DNA of 64,000 nucleotides from Hyphochytrium catenoides (Eukaryota; Protista; Hyphochytriomycota): positions 62,001-126,000 of the forward strand of contig FLMG01002184.1 in assembly GCA_900088475.1 (NCBI GenBank), in the 5' to 3' direction. Shown piece after piece: positions 32,943 to 47,460 of this stretch. Position numbers and translations under genes: made by a program. A model generated the notes under the pieces. It made no database searches. It saw only the letters and a program-made list of their open reading frames with translations, and was not told the origin of the DNA. Positions within the stretch are counted from its first letter, which is position 1. Each line of letters begins with the position of its first letter.

Positions 32943-35900
32943 ATGGCTCTGAGTGCTAGACACCGTTGGTGTGTCCAAAAGCTTGGCGAGAGCTTTGGGC
33001 CTGCGGTGACCGAAGCAGATATCGAAGCGTTCCTTCGCCAAGAAGAAGTTCTTCACTCTTTCAATGAGCTTTTTAAAGGAAGTGGGCCCCAGCAGCTCTT
33101 CGTGTTCTATCAGTCTCCCGATGTGAAGAATAAGGTATGGGCTCCTATCAGTATCGCCATATACAGCTACCTGACCGCCGTACGTCAAGGCTGGAGAGTA
33201 CGTCTCCTCAGACGGCCCTCCAAAGCTAGTCCTAACGAATGGCGACGATGTTAAATTGCGCTCCAAATGCTGCTACTTTATTAGAAGCACAGAAGGGAGG
33301 CCAGTTGATACAACCAAGGTTCGCCCATAAGAGTATCCATAATAGCCTTCGTCCTGGTCACAAATGGACTAAAAACTCGTGACAAAACAGGTGTCTGATG
33401 CTGAACTTCTGGCTGGAGAGTTGGAAGCAAACTGTCTCAAGACGATGCAGACACTTCTCTCCAATCTCTACCGTCCTCTACTGGGCGCCAGGTCAGACTG
33501 GGGAAAAGCAGAGCCACTCCAGCAACAGGAAGTGCTCCAAGACGTGGACAAGTTTGCAATGAACCTTCAGGAAGCTCTGAAAAGCGTCGTCGGTGGCGTA
33601 GAGTTACGCAAGCCTGACAAAGCCCAGCTCGAGCTTGATGTCAGAAAACTGTCTCAAGACGCGACAGTTGTCAAGAACTTTCAAGGTAAGGAAGCATTAG
33701 GGAAGTGTACGTAATTGTGTGAGTCCAACTAACCTACTGCAATTCTAGCGCTTGTGGAGGAATGGTGTGCCATTATTGAAAGCTGCTTGCAGCAGAAAGA
33801 TGAGGAGAATGAACCCGACCAGTCTATGGGAGGTCCGATGACGGAGCTCGAGTATTGGAGAAAGCGTATGCAGAGATTGACAAGCATTACAGAGCATCTA
33901 AAATCCAAGGAATGCAAACTTGTCACGTCTACATTGCAGATGACTACAAAAAGCCCGGACGACGTCCACAGAACCAAGCTACTGAGTCTGCTTCGCCGAT
34001 GGAAGTCCATAGACATCAGCATTACGGAGGCTGCCAACGAAGCCAAAGATAACGTCAAATATCTCTTCACTCTCGAGAGATTTATTCAGCCACTGTACAC
34101 AGGCACTCCCTCCACCATCATCGACACATTGCCAGCTTTGATCAACTCAATCAAGATGATCCTCACCATTGCCCGCTACTACAACACCTCAGACAGGTTA
34201 ACGGGCCTGTTCCAGAAGATTACCTTCCAGATGATTGCTAAGTGTAAGGACTGCATTCTCAATAGTAATGGAGAGCCTAAGTCCTTGTGGGAGCAAAACC
34301 CCGAGGAGCTAATCCGCAATCTTGAGTCGTGCTTAAAACTCAATGAAGCATATCAAGAGCAGTACCGAATCGTGAAAGAGAAGCTCCAAACCACTCCGAA
34401 GGGAAAGCAGTTTGATTTCCCGGAAGCTCAGATATTTGGCAAGCTGGATCTGTTCTGCAGGCGAATAGTGAAGCTTATTGACATGTTCAGCACCATCCAC
34501 CAGTTCGATGCTCTGTCCCGGCATCGTTTGGAAGGGATGGAGCCACTAATAGAGCAATTCCATAACATAGTCAAGGACTTCAAGAACAAGAGGCATGACC
34601 TTCTGGATTATCATAACAACAAGTTTGACAGAGACTATGTGGAGTTCAACGTCCATATCTCGGATTTGGAAGGCTCACTGCAGCAGTTTATCAATCAACG
34701 CTTTGATAGCATCACAAGCATCGAACAATCACTGAATCTTCTCCGAAAGTTCCAGACCATCCTGCAGCGCGAAAACCTCAAGAGCGATCTCGACTCCAAG
34801 TTCAACCTTATCTTTCAAAACTATGCCGTAGAGCTGGAGAATGTCCAAGAGCTCTATGAGAAGCACAAACAAAACCCACCTATTCCTAGAGACTTACCGC
34901 CGGTAGCTGGCAACATAAAATGGTCCCGACATCTGCTCAAACGGATTGAAGAGCCCATGAAGAGGTTTGAAAGCAATCAAATAGTGTTAGCGAGCAAGGA
35001 CGCTAAGCGCATCATCAAGCAGTACAACAAAGTTGCCCGTACCCTTGTGGCTTTTGAGTACCTATGGTATCAGGCCTGGGTGAAGTCAATTGATGAGGCC
35101 AAAGCTGGGCTCCATGCTACATTAGTCGTTCGTCACCCAGAAGACGGCCATCTTTACGTCAACTTTGACACAGAGGTTCTTCAGCTCATTCGTGAGGCGA
35201 AGTGCCTAGATCGAATGTCAATCGAGATCCCAGAATCAGCCAAGATTGTCCTTTTGCAGGAGGAGAAGTTCAAATCGTACTATAATGAACTTCAGCATAC
35301 TCTAACCAAGTACGAGCGGGTGGTCAAGAGGGTGATCCCAGTGACAGCGACCCTTCTTCAGCCACATTTCAACGACATGGAGTATAAGCTACGGCCTGGC
35401 ATGACCACTCTGACCTGGACCTCCATGAACATAGACAGCTATAAGAATATTATCCAGACAGGGCTGCAGAAGTTGGAGGAACTAGTGCACAACATAAGGG
35501 ATATAGTGGAGAACAGGATTGAGAAAAACCTGAAAATTGTCAGCAAGACGCGACTCGTGAGCTTGCCCGAAGACCGGTCGTACACTCTGGACGAATTCGT
35601 TGCCATTCAGGAGAAGATCATGCACAAGGAAAGCGCTCTTTTACAAGGCAAAAATGTAGAGGTTGAGAATGCTGTCGAGGACCTGATCAAAGTGATCCTC
35701 AGCTATTCCCTCAGTAAGCCTGTGATCTCGGTCCCATCTGAGGAAGTTCAAAAGCTACGAAAGCACTACAATCACTTCATGTACCAGGCTTTGCTACACT
35801 GCACGAAGAACTCTCTTAACCTTATGAAGAGAAGAGTTTCCTATCGAGAAGGGGGACACTTTGCATTCCATGGGCGTCCACTCTTTGATGTGGAGGTAGT

Positions 35901-38900
35901 ACTTACGCCACCAAAGGTGTCCCTTCACCCTAATCTTGACGAGATTCAGAATTGCATCAACAGGGCAGCAAAGACTGTTCTTGCCTGCACCAAGACTTTG
36001 TGGAAGTGGGGCCAATCAGGCCAGCCAGAAGATGCCTTACAGCCTAGGAAGGCGTTCTTCGACAAGATCACGAAGGATATTGAGATAGTGCGCGTAGTGC
36101 TACTCCTTACTGGTAGCATTCATGGCACCAGGAATGGTGTAGAGAATTCTCTAGCTAAGTTTGAGCAGTTTCACTGGCTGTGGAGGGAGGACAAGGCAGA
36201 AGCATATGCGGAGTTTACGAAGCAACAACCTCAACTTACCGACTATGAGCAGGAGCTCCTAAGATTTGCCGCCACCGAAAACACAGTGGAACAGACTCAG
36301 CCAGTAGAAGTCATCGGTGCTCTCTCTCTCAATACTCGGACACTTAAGAAGCAACTGATCAAAGAGGCAGAGCGTTGGAAGACGCAATACTCAGAGAATC
36401 TTCACAATGAAGCGCGGTCCCGGATGAATACATTGATGGATTACTTTCGCACCACTACTGGCAAGCTTCACAGAGAGGTTGTCGACCTCGATTCCTTGGG
36501 ATTCGTGATGACGATCTTGAAGGAAGTCAGGCGGAAGGAGTCTGATATAGATCGAGAAATCGGTCCAATTCTTGAAATGTATCGGCTCCTGGAGAAGTAC
36601 CTTTCAGACTTCATGGATAAGGAGGAAATGGACCAGAAAAGCATTCTAAGTGCCAGCTGGAAGAAGACCATTCGCTTGGCTGAGCAGCGAGCTGCTGAAC
36701 TTAGCAAGTCGCAGGGGACATTCAAGCGCGGGCTGCTAAAAGATATCCGTGCTTTTATGGCTGATATTGTGGCCTTCAGGAAGGACTTTCTTCTCAACGG
36801 CCCAATGGTGCGGGGCATACGGCCAATGGACGCAGTGGAACGTCTAGGGCGATACAAAGAGGAGTATCAGATCCGTAATAGAAAGTATGAGCTGTATGCT
36901 AGTGGCGAGGACCTTTTTGCTCTGGATCGCACAGAGTATCCGGAGCTGGTGCAGACGCAAAAAGAGTTGGAGCTTCTGGACAAACTGTTCGGCTTGTACC
37001 AGGACGTCATAAAGACCCTAGAAGAATGGAAGAGTATCCCTTGGATCAACGTGCCCGATGCTATGCAGAGCATGACGGAGAAGGTGGACCAGTTCTCCTT
37101 CCGCTGCAAGAGGCTGCCACAGAAGCTCAAGGATTGGGAGGCCTACCACGAGTTAAAGAAGGCCATCGATGACTTCTCAACCGTGCTCCCGTTGTTGCAA
37201 GAGCTGAGTAAGCCTTCTATAAGGCAACGGCACTGGCAGGAAATAATGAAGATTACTGGGTCCAGTTTCGATGTCGAGCGGACAGACTTCAAACTCAGTG
37301 CCATTTTGGACGCCAATCTTGTGGACCATAAGTCAGAAATCGAGGAGATTATTGATAGCGCTGACAAGCAACTAAAGATTGAGAAGTCTCTGAAAGATAT
37401 TGCAGAGCGGTGGGAGAAGGAGGAGTTTCAGTTCCAAGACTGGAAAGGTCGAAACATAAGTGTTCTAAAGGCTGTAGTGCCCGTTGTGGAGGAGCTAGAG
37501 GAAGCGCAAATGAACATTCAAACGATGTTGACCATGAGGCATGTCCTACCTTTCAAGGAAGAATGTCAGACAAGATTGCAAGTGCTCTCGGATACGTCCG
37601 ATACGTTGGAAAGGTGGATTAAAGTCCAGCTCCTTTGGTGTTCGCTGGAATCTGTCTTCACCGGCGGGGATATTGCAAAACAAATGCCATTGGAAGCAAA
37701 AAAGTTCTCGAAGATTGACAAGGACTGGGCAAAGATTATGGCAAAAGCCGTCGAGACATCGATTGTCCTTGAATGCTGTGCCAATGAAACCCTCAAAGAA
37801 TCCCTGCCCACGATGTATTCCGAGCTAGAGAAATGCCAAAAGTCCCTGGAAGGATATCTGGAGCAGAAGAGAAACAAGTTCCCTCGATTCTACTTTGTCT
37901 CTAACCCCGGTCTGCTCATTATCCTGTCTCAGGGCTCTGATCCTCTTTCTATGAACCAGCATTATGAGAAGGTCTTTGACAGCATTGAGAAAGTGGTCCA
38001 TAACGCCAAAGACAAGACTGTGATTATGAGCATGATATCAGCAGTGGAGGAAGTCCCATTTTCTACACCTCTCAAAGCAGTCGGTAACATTGAAGACTGG
38101 CTAAGTGAGCTCTGTAAGGAGATGCAGAGGACAATGAAGGATATTTGTAGGAATTGCGCTGCGGATGTCAGTCAATTAGGTGCGGATGTCAAGAATCTGA
38201 AGTCATTCGTAGACAACTATATTGCTCAATTTGCTCTTCTGGGCATCCAGCTAATGTGGACCTCAGATTGCCAGTCAGCTTTAGAGCAATGCAAAACCAA
38301 AAAGACGGCAATGAAGGACTGCGTCACCAGACAGAATCAGGTGTTGACTGAACTCTCCTCTTGGTGTCTTCAAGATCTCGGATCGAGGGAAAATAGACGG
38401 AAGATCGAGACTTTGATCACCATCCATGTTCACCAGCGCGATGTGACCAATGACCTATCAAGCTTGCACAAGCAGAAAAAGATTGGAGATCCAAATGACT
38501 TTGAATGGCTTAAGCAAGCAAGGTTCTATTGGAGGCCTGGAAACCGCGATGAGATATCTGATGACGCTGCTTGTGTCATCTCTATCTCAGACGTGGACTT
38601 CAACTATCAGTTCGAGTACCTGGGGTCCAAAGAGCGGCTTGTCATTACGCCTCTCACTGACAGATGCTACATTACACTTGCACAAGCTCTGGGAATGTAC
38701 TTTGGTGGTGCACCTGCGGGGCCTGCTGGTACCGGCAAAACCGAGACAGTTAAGGATCTAGGTCGAGCTCTGGGTCTCTATGTGGTGGTCACAAACTGTA
38801 CTGATCAGCAGAAATACACAGACTGTGCCAAGATCTTCAAAGGTCTCTGCATGGGAGGGCTTTGGGGATGCTTTGACGAGTTCAATCGGATCCAGCTACC

Positions 38901-41900
38901 AGTACTGTCGGTGGTAGCACAGCAGGTGCTTGCCATTCAGAACGCCAAAAAGGCTGGCATGCCACAATTTCAGTTTCCTGGAGACCCCCAAAATATTGTT
39001 CTTAACCCTGTCTGCGGCTTCTTCATCACTATGAACCCCGGTTATGCGGGCAGACAGGAGCTACCAGAGAACCTTAAGGCATTGTTCAGAGGCGTCGCAA
39101 TGATGGTCCCTGACTTCGAGATAATTATGAAGGTCAAGCTTTGTTCTGTGGGATATATGGAGTTCAGCATGCTGGCGAAAAAGTTCTACATCCTCTATAA
39201 CACTTGCAAAGAACAGCTTTCGGCGCAGAAGCATTATGACTGGGGTTTGAGGAACATTCTTGCAGTGCTCAGAACAGCAGGAAAGACGAAGCGAGATAAC
39301 ATCAACAGTCCAGAATCCGCTCTTCTTTATCAGACATTGAGAGACATGAACTTGTCCAAGTTAGTAGCGCAAGATGTCCCTCTCTTTCTATCTCTCCTCT
39401 CTGACCTGTTCCCAACGGTATCTTCGCCTCCAAAGGGTTCTTACCCTGACGTGGAGCAGGCTCTAACACATTGTATTGAGGAGGCCGAACTGGTGCTGCA
39501 TCCTTCATGGATGAATAAGATCATACAACTGTACGAGACTCAGCTTGTCCGCCACGGTATCATGTTAGTGGGCCCCACTGGTGGCGGCAAGTCCAAAATC
39601 TTCGAGATGCTGGGAAACACATTGAGTCGGGTAACAGGCACCACTCACAAGCAGGCCAGGCTTAATCCTAAGGCCATAAGGGCAGCTGAAATGTATGGCG
39701 AACTAGATCCCACTTCAGGAGAGTGGACATCAGGAGTTTTCGCTGCAATGTGGTCGAAGTTCAATAATAGGGCCAACAAGTTCATCACGTGGATCATTTG
39801 CGATGGCCCAGTGGACGCCATTTGGATTGAAGATCTCAACACCGTCTTGGACGATAACAAGATCTTAACCTTGGCCAATGGCGATAGAATGCCAATGACG
39901 GATAATGTAAAGCTCATGTTCGAGGTTGAGACCCTTGTGAATGCATCGCCTGCTACGGTCTCCCGAGCTGGCATTGTGTTTGTCAGTGACACCGACCTAG
40001 ACTGGGGCCCGGTAGTGGAGGGCTGGTGTCGCAAGCAGCCGAAGGAGTTTAATTCAATTTATGCAGAGCTCTTCCAGAGGTATCTGGGTGAATGCCATCC
40101 TCTCAGCATTGGTCACTGCATGGAGTATTTAACGAGAAACACACAGGAGGTAATGAAGCTTTCACGTGTTGGGAAGGCCTCAATGCTCTTCCATTTGTTG
40201 GAAGGGCTTATCAAAGGAGGCTTCTCCAGCAAATTGGCGATGAACTCTCCTGAAGTACTAGCCTGTCAGTTAGAGAAGTTATTCCAGTACTGCGTAGCGT
40301 GGGCTATGGGCGGCCTACTTGAGCAAGAGGACAGGAGTAAGTTTGATGAATGGATGAGAACCGTCGATCGTAAAGGGCTGATGCCAAAGGTGGACGCCGG
40401 AGAAAGCATTTTCGAGTATTTTGTCGACGATACCTTCGAGTGGAAGAAATGGAAGCCACCATCATGGACTTATCCTAAAGGCGATACCCTGAACTTTTCA
40501 AGTCTATTGGTACCCACTATGGACTCTACACGCGCGATCTACCTCTGCCAAGCCATGCACCGCCTCCATAAGCCGACTTTGATGGTAGGGGGCTCAGGCA
40601 CAGCAAAGACTTCCACGGCCCAGATGTTTTTTGCCAAGTTGGACCCGGAAACTACCCTCATCAAAAGCGTCAACTTTTCGAACGCCACAACTCCGTTTAT
40701 GTTTCAGACAGCAGTTGAGTCAGAGTTGGACAAGAGAGGGGGAAAGAGCTTCGGACCTCCCAACGGAAAGAAGATGATGATTTTCCTAGATGATCTCAGC
40801 ATGCCACTAGTCAACACATGGGGAGATCAACCCACTCTCGAGATGGCTCGGCTCATGATCGAATGGGGCGGCTTCTGTTTCCTGGACAAGGACAAGAGAG
40901 GTGATTTCAAGGTTTGCGAAGATCTTCTCTATCTCGGAGCCATGAACCACCCTGGAGGAGGAAGGAATGACATCCCTAACCGGCTGAAGCGTCACTTCTT
41001 CTGCTTCAACATGGTGCTCCCGTCTATCACATCCATCGACGATATTTATGGGCAGATGTTAAAGGGAAGATTCCAGAGCTCAGAATTTAGTTCTAATTTT
41101 CTCAGTGTAATGACTTCTCTAACAAAGGTTACCATCGTCTTGTGGCGCAAGATCAAGCAAAAGATGCTTCCCACTCCGGCGAAGTTCCACTACAATTTTA
41201 ACATGCGCGACCTCAGCCGCGTCTTCCAGGGCATCCTTACCACTCCAAAGCAAACTATCCTCACGGGTGGGATCAAGGTGGAGCGGAGGGAAATGCCGCC
41301 CATGATGCCTGAGGTCCTTCTTGTCAGGCTATGGCGGCACGAGTGCGACCGGGTCTTTGAGGACAAGCTGACCAACCACCAAGACAAAAACTGGTACAAG
41401 GATTACCTACACGGCCTCACTGCCGAGATGTTTTCCCCAGAGTATGCAGAAGCTACAAAAGAGGAAATGTATATGGTAAACTTCCTCAGAGATCCCGTAC
41501 CTGATGCTGATGGTGTTATTGAGGATAATGCACCGAAGGTTTATGAGCCTGGAGGAAGTATAGGTGACATCCGCCAGCGTGTAGAGATGTTCCTTACTAA
41601 GCACAACGAGGAGTTCCCTGCCAAGAAAATGGAGCTGGTCCTTTTCAAAGATGCACTGCGCCACCTTCTCCGCATTTCTAGAATTATTGAGATGCCGAGA
41701 GGCAGTGCACTGCTTGTCGGAGTTGGTGGTTCTGGGAAGCAGTCACTCACAAAGCTAGCGTCGTACATGTCGCGATCGGTGGTCTTCCAAATCACTCTCA
41801 CAAAGTCATACAACTTTGCCAGCTTTATGGAGGACCTCCGGACCCTATTCAAGGGAGCTGGGCACCAACGCAAGCAGATGACGTTTTTGTTCACTGACTC

Positions 41901-44900
41901 TCATATTAAGGACGAGAATTTCTTAGAACTTTTGAACTCAGTTCTGCTGACCGGAGAAGTCGCAGGTCTTTTTGCAAAAGATGAGATGATGGCAATGACT
42001 GCGGATATTCGGGCTAGCTTCATGAAAGAGCGACCTGGAATGGCTGACACCCAGGCTAACCTCAAGCAGTACTTTACAGACTGCGTTCGCGACAATCTCC
42101 ATGTCGTCCTTTGCATGTCACCTCTCAACCCGAAGTTCCCAGAGAGAGGTAGAAAGTTTCCCGGCATCATTAACGTGCCGACCATTGACTGGTTCTTGCC
42201 ATGGCCAGAAGAGGCTCTGGTTGACGTCTCCCGTGGCTTCATTTCTGAGTTCCCCATGGACTGTGACACGCAAGCCCGTGATGGTCTCATCTCCCACATG
42301 GGAATGGTGCACAAAATGGTCACTGAGGTCTGCCAAGATTACTTTCTAAAAATGAGAAGGAATGTCTACCAAACCCCCAAGTCCTATCTGTCCTTCATCC
42401 ATAGCTACAAGACCATGTACACAGCCAAGCTGAAGGAAATCAATGAAAAGGAACAGCGTGTGAATCTGGGTCTCAAAAAGCTCATTGGCGGTGCAGAAGA
42501 CGTGCGTGCTCTTAAGCTCATCCTGGCCGAGGAACAGAAGAAGCTTGAGGTTGCAACTGTGGAGACGAACAACATGCTTCGTAGTCTAGAGGTCAGCTCC
42601 AGCGAGGCCAAGAAGGAGGGAGATCAGGTCGCGACTATTAAAGCCCGATGTGAAGAAGATGCCAAACGCATCAAAAAAGAGAAGGAGGACTGCGAAGAAG
42701 ACCTTGCCAAAGCCAGACCCTACGTCGTTGAGGCTGAGACCGCGATTGATTCCATTAAACCAGCACATATCGGCGAGATCAGGAAGCTTCCAAAGCCATC
42801 TGATATCATCAAGCTCGTCTTTGACGGTGTCCTGATCCTCTTCAAGGAACCCCTCAACCCTGTCAAGGCTACTAAGCTCAACGTCGCCAAGAAAGATGTT
42901 GACTTCGTTGAGCCGTCCTTCGTCCCTCATGCCCAGAAGATGTTGAATGACATAAATTTTCTGAACAAGGTACAGAGCTTTGGCAAGTCCGAAAAGGACC
43001 TCATCAATGAAGAGACTATTGAGCTTCTCTTGCCTTATATGGAGCTTGAAGGATTCCTGCCGTCTGTGGCTAAGAATGCCTCTGCCGCAGCTGAAGGTTT
43101 ATGCACATGGGTTAGGGCGATGAAGTTCTATCACGAAGCGTCTAAAATCGTGAAACCGAAGCTGGAAGCTCTTGCCATTGCGGAGTCACAAATGGAGGCT
43201 GCCAACAAGGCACTGGCTTCGGCCGAAGGTCGCCTTCAGAAGTGCAAGGCCAGACTTGGTGAGCTGCAGACTATGTTTGACTCTCAAATGGCGGAAAAGC
43301 AGAGGATCGAAGATGGTGCGCAGGCACTAGCCAAAAAAATGGCTCAGGCCAGCGACCTCATCAATGGGCTCTCAGGAGAACGAGAGCGATGGACTGAAGA
43401 TTCTAAGCACTTCGCTGACCTCAAGCAAAGGCTTGTAGGGGACTGTGCCTTGGCTTGTGCTTTTGTCTCATACCTTGGTCCCTTTAACCAGGACTTTAGG
43501 ATGCAATGCGTCAATGACAAGTTCACCGGGGATTGCCTTGCCAAAATGGTCCCTGTGACAAAGAACTTGGACATCATCTCCTTCTTAGTGGATATTGGTA
43601 CTATTGGTGATTGGAATATGGAAGGCCTTCCCACGGATCCTCTATCCATACAGAATGGTATATTGGTCACGCGCTCAAGCCGTTACCCTTTGCTCATAGA
43701 TCCTCAGGGTCAGGCACTTAATTGGATCAAAAACAGAGAGGCTAAGCGGATGCCACAGTGGGGTACCACAACGCTCACTGCTCCGAAACTTAAGGACCAA
43801 CTAGAGTTCTGCATGAGCGAGGGTAAGGCCCTCGTAGTAACTGGAGTAGAACAGGAAATTGACCCCATGCTAGACCCAGTTTTGGAGAAACAGATCATCG
43901 TGAGGGGAGGGCGGATGTCGATCAACGTCTCGGATAAGAACATGGAACTGGATCCGGCGTTCACGATGTACTTCATTACCCGTTTGCCGAATCCTCATTT
44001 CTCTCCGGAGCTGCAGGCCAAAACAACCGTGGTAGACTTCACAGTGACGATGAAGGGCTTAGAAGAGCAACTTCTGGGCAGAGTGATCAGTAAAGAACAA
44101 AAGGCGCTGGAAGATCAGCTCAACCAGGTGCTTAGCGAGGTCAATGCCAACACCAAGGCTCTTTTGCAGCTAGACGCTTCGCTGCTAGAAAGATTGACGT
44201 CGAATTCGGGAAATCTCCTGGAAGATGATGAGCTCATCGTCGTGCTCGCTAATACTAAAGCAAAGGCGGCAGAGGTGAAGGAAAAGCTTATTGCGGCTGA
44301 CGAGACGAAGCTGAACATCAATGAAAAACGAGAGCAATTCCGTGCCGTCGCTGCCCGCGGATCTGTACTCTATTTCTCTATTGTCGAGATGTCCCTTGTG
44401 AACTGCATGTACCAGACGTCCTTGGATCAGTTCCTGGCTCTATTCATGAAGTCAATGGAGATGGCTGAGCGGGCTACCCTGGCATCGAAGCGTGTTAACA
44501 ACATCATTGACACCATGACTTATATCACCTACCGATACATTAATCGGGGTCTATACGAGAAGGGCAAACTCACATTCGTACTAATTGTCACCCTTAAGAT
44601 CCTCATTGGAGCTAATCTGCTCACACAAACAGACCTTAACCTCTTCTTGCGAGGTGGAGCTGCCCTTGACATCAACTCTGTACGGAGAAAGCCCTTCAAT
44701 TGGCTCAGTAACGAAGCATGGCTTAATGTTGTGGAGCTATCACAGAAATGTAAGTTCTTCGTCAACCTGCCAAATGAGATGACTGCGAATGAAGGTATGT
44801 GGCGGAGATGGTACGAAGACAATGAACCTGAAGGCATGGCAATCCCGGACTACGAAGCTCGACTCTCGGACGTGGCGGACATAAGCTCCTTCTACAAGCT

Positions 44901-46884
44901 GCTTCTAGTTCGATCGTTGAGGATGGACAGAACCATTCTCATGGCAAAGCAGTTCATAAGAAACACTCCACAAATGGGTCCGCGGTACGTGGAGCCTGTA
45001 ACTGATACAATTGAGAGCATCTATGCCGAAATGGTAGCATCCACACCAGTCATTTTCCTGCTCTCGGTAGGAGCCGACCCAACCGATAGTATTGAACAGC
45101 TTGCTAGAAAGCAGAAGCGACCATCTCCGGCGGTAGTGTCTCTTGGGGAGGGCCAGGAGCCCGTTGCCATAAAGGCCATTAACGCCGCAGCGGTGAATGG
45201 AACATGGGTACTTCTACAGAACTGCGAGTTAGGCATCGGCCTTATGTGCCAAATGGAAGAGCTGCTCCTAAAGCTTCAGGATACCATAGATCCTGGGTTC
45301 CGACTATTTATGACCGCGCTGCCAACCAATGAGTTCCCGTTAGGGCTGCTTCAAATGGCGACCAAGGTGACAAACGAGCCACCAGCAGGCCTTAAGGCAG
45401 GTTTGCTGCGTTCCTACACAGTTATGGTAGACCAAGACCGTCTGGAGCGTGTCGAGACGGTCCAATGGAAGCAACTGGTGTTCAATCTGTGCTTCCTGCA
45501 CTCTATTGTGCAGGAAAGGCGAAAGTTTGGTCCTTTGGGCTGGTCGATCCCTTACGAATACAATAGCGGTGACCTATCGGCCTGCATCCAATTCCTTGAG
45601 AAGCACCTTTACAATGGTTCCATTTCTTGGCCCACGCTGCAATACATGGTCGCCGAGGTGCAGTATGGGGGTAAGATCACGGACAGTCTGGACAGACGAC
45701 TCTTCAACCTTTACACTACTGCCTGGATGTCAGCCTTTGCGTGCCAGTCAGATTTCACATACAACCCGGCAAAGCCGCTCTTTCGTATCCCTGATGACTT
45801 CGTTTATAGAATACCGACATATGACTCCATTGACGACTATCGCAAATATCTTTCGGGATTCCCCGAGGTCGACTCCCCGGAGATCTTTGGACTGCATCCA
45901 AATGCTGATTTAACCTTTAGAGTGAAGGAGGTGAATTCGCTGATGGACACACTGTCCGAGACGCAGCCGAAAGGCGGTGGAGGTGCTGGTGGTGCTAGCA
46001 GAGAGGACATAGTCTTCGCCAAAGCGACTGAGTTGCTTGAAAGATTGCCTGCGGACTACATTGAAGATGAGTACAAGCAAAAGCTGCAGAAGCTTGGCGG
46101 TCTTACCATTCCGTTGAATATCTTCTTATATCAAGAAGTTGAACGCCTTCAAAGGGTTATTTCTAAGGTTAGACAGATGCTCACGCAGATGCAAATGGCC
46201 ATTCGGGGAGAAGTAGTAATGACGGAAGAGCTTCAAGGGGCTCTTAACGCAATCTACGATGCCAAAGTGCCACCTTCATGGATCTTGACTGTGGCGGGGG
46301 ACGAATTCTCTTGGATCTTGTCTACCTTAGGTCTTTGGTTCTCGTCGCTTCTGTCTAGAGACGAGCAAAACCGGAACTGGCTAAATAACGGCAGGCCCAA
46401 CAGCTTCTGGCTAACAGGCTTCTTCAACCCACAAGGTATGCTAACCGCAATGAAACAAGAAGTCACAAGGAAGCATAAGAATCAGAGCTGGGCCTTGGAC
46501 GATGTGGTGTACAGAACAGAAGTGACGAGCCACAGCCTGCCGGACTCGGTCCGTAGCCCACCCCAAGAAGGGATCTATGTCCATGGGCTGTTCCTGGACG
46601 GAGGCGCTTGGAGTAAACATGACAACCACCTCGTAGAGTCTGAACCGAAGAGGCTTTTCCAGCTTCTGCCTGTGCTCCACGTGACAGGATATTTGAAGTC
46701 GGAAGAGGCCAAGGCGAAGAGAGAGATGTTTGGCAGCCAAGGACCGTATGAATGCCCATGTTACAAGTATCCAAAGAGAACGGACCGATATATGATCTTT
46801 ATGGTTAATCTCGCATGTGGTCCTGACAAAAGCCCAAGCCACTGGGGTCTTAGAGGCGTGGCCTTGCTCTGCAACACGGACTAG
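32943..46884 (+). CDS. Axonemal outer-arm dynein heavy chain, gamma/DNAH5-DNAH8 type; introns 33135-33189, 33319-33390, 33686-33748
   Basis: DHC_N1 (GPMTELEYWR, EAKDNVKYL); FPRFYFVS; P-loops GPAGTGKT, GPTGGGKS, GGSGTAKT (DNAH5/8-like) and GVGGSGKQS; stalk; C-terminus HWGLRGVALLC. Confidence 0.95.
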
Positions 46885-47460
46885 TTTTCTTTTACATTTA
46901 GCTGTAGGAATAGTGGGTGTGAAGCGATAACAATAATGAGTCTCGTTGAACTAAAGAGTGCGCCTGTCACGTCATTCTCTCATTCACCTTCCCAAGACAT
47001 AGTCTAAGGTGGCCATTACCTAGCAATTGGCCCTTGACCCTAATGCTTAGGGCTAGCTAGACGCTGGAAGAAGTGAAACGACTAGATTCACGGGTCATTG
47101 TGGCAAAACTAGGTTACTTCGGCAAGTCCTCTAAGGAGGCCCCTTGGTGGTCCTAACCCAAATATACCTAGGATGGTCTTCATTGCACAGAGGACGCCAC
47201 CGACGCTTAGAACACTCCTGCATGGACGCCGAAGTTTGAGGCAAGCTTCTTATTCTCCTCAGTCGGGGCAATAAGCAGGCCGAGGGGCGAGGACTCAATA
47301 GAACTTCCTAGGGAAACCTGGTAGGTTCTAGCTCCCGCGAGAAGATAGAGAATGTCATAGAGGGTCAGTGAAGGACATGGAGGATGAGGTCTGGCAGGGC
47401 AATTCACAAGCAATTCTGTCGCAGCTCCAAGATGTGCAAGAACCTTACAGTGTCCCTTCA

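Noticed and set aside
33855-46842. Numerous antisense and alternative-frame ORFs inside the dynein, GCN2, PDH and HECT genes
   Set aside because: Shadow ORFs produced by codon bias of the real genes; no recognisable motifs.
47038-47052. CCCTAA-TGC-TTAGGG telomere-like inverted hexamers
   Set aside because: Only one unit on each side; expected by chance and not an interstitial telomeric array.
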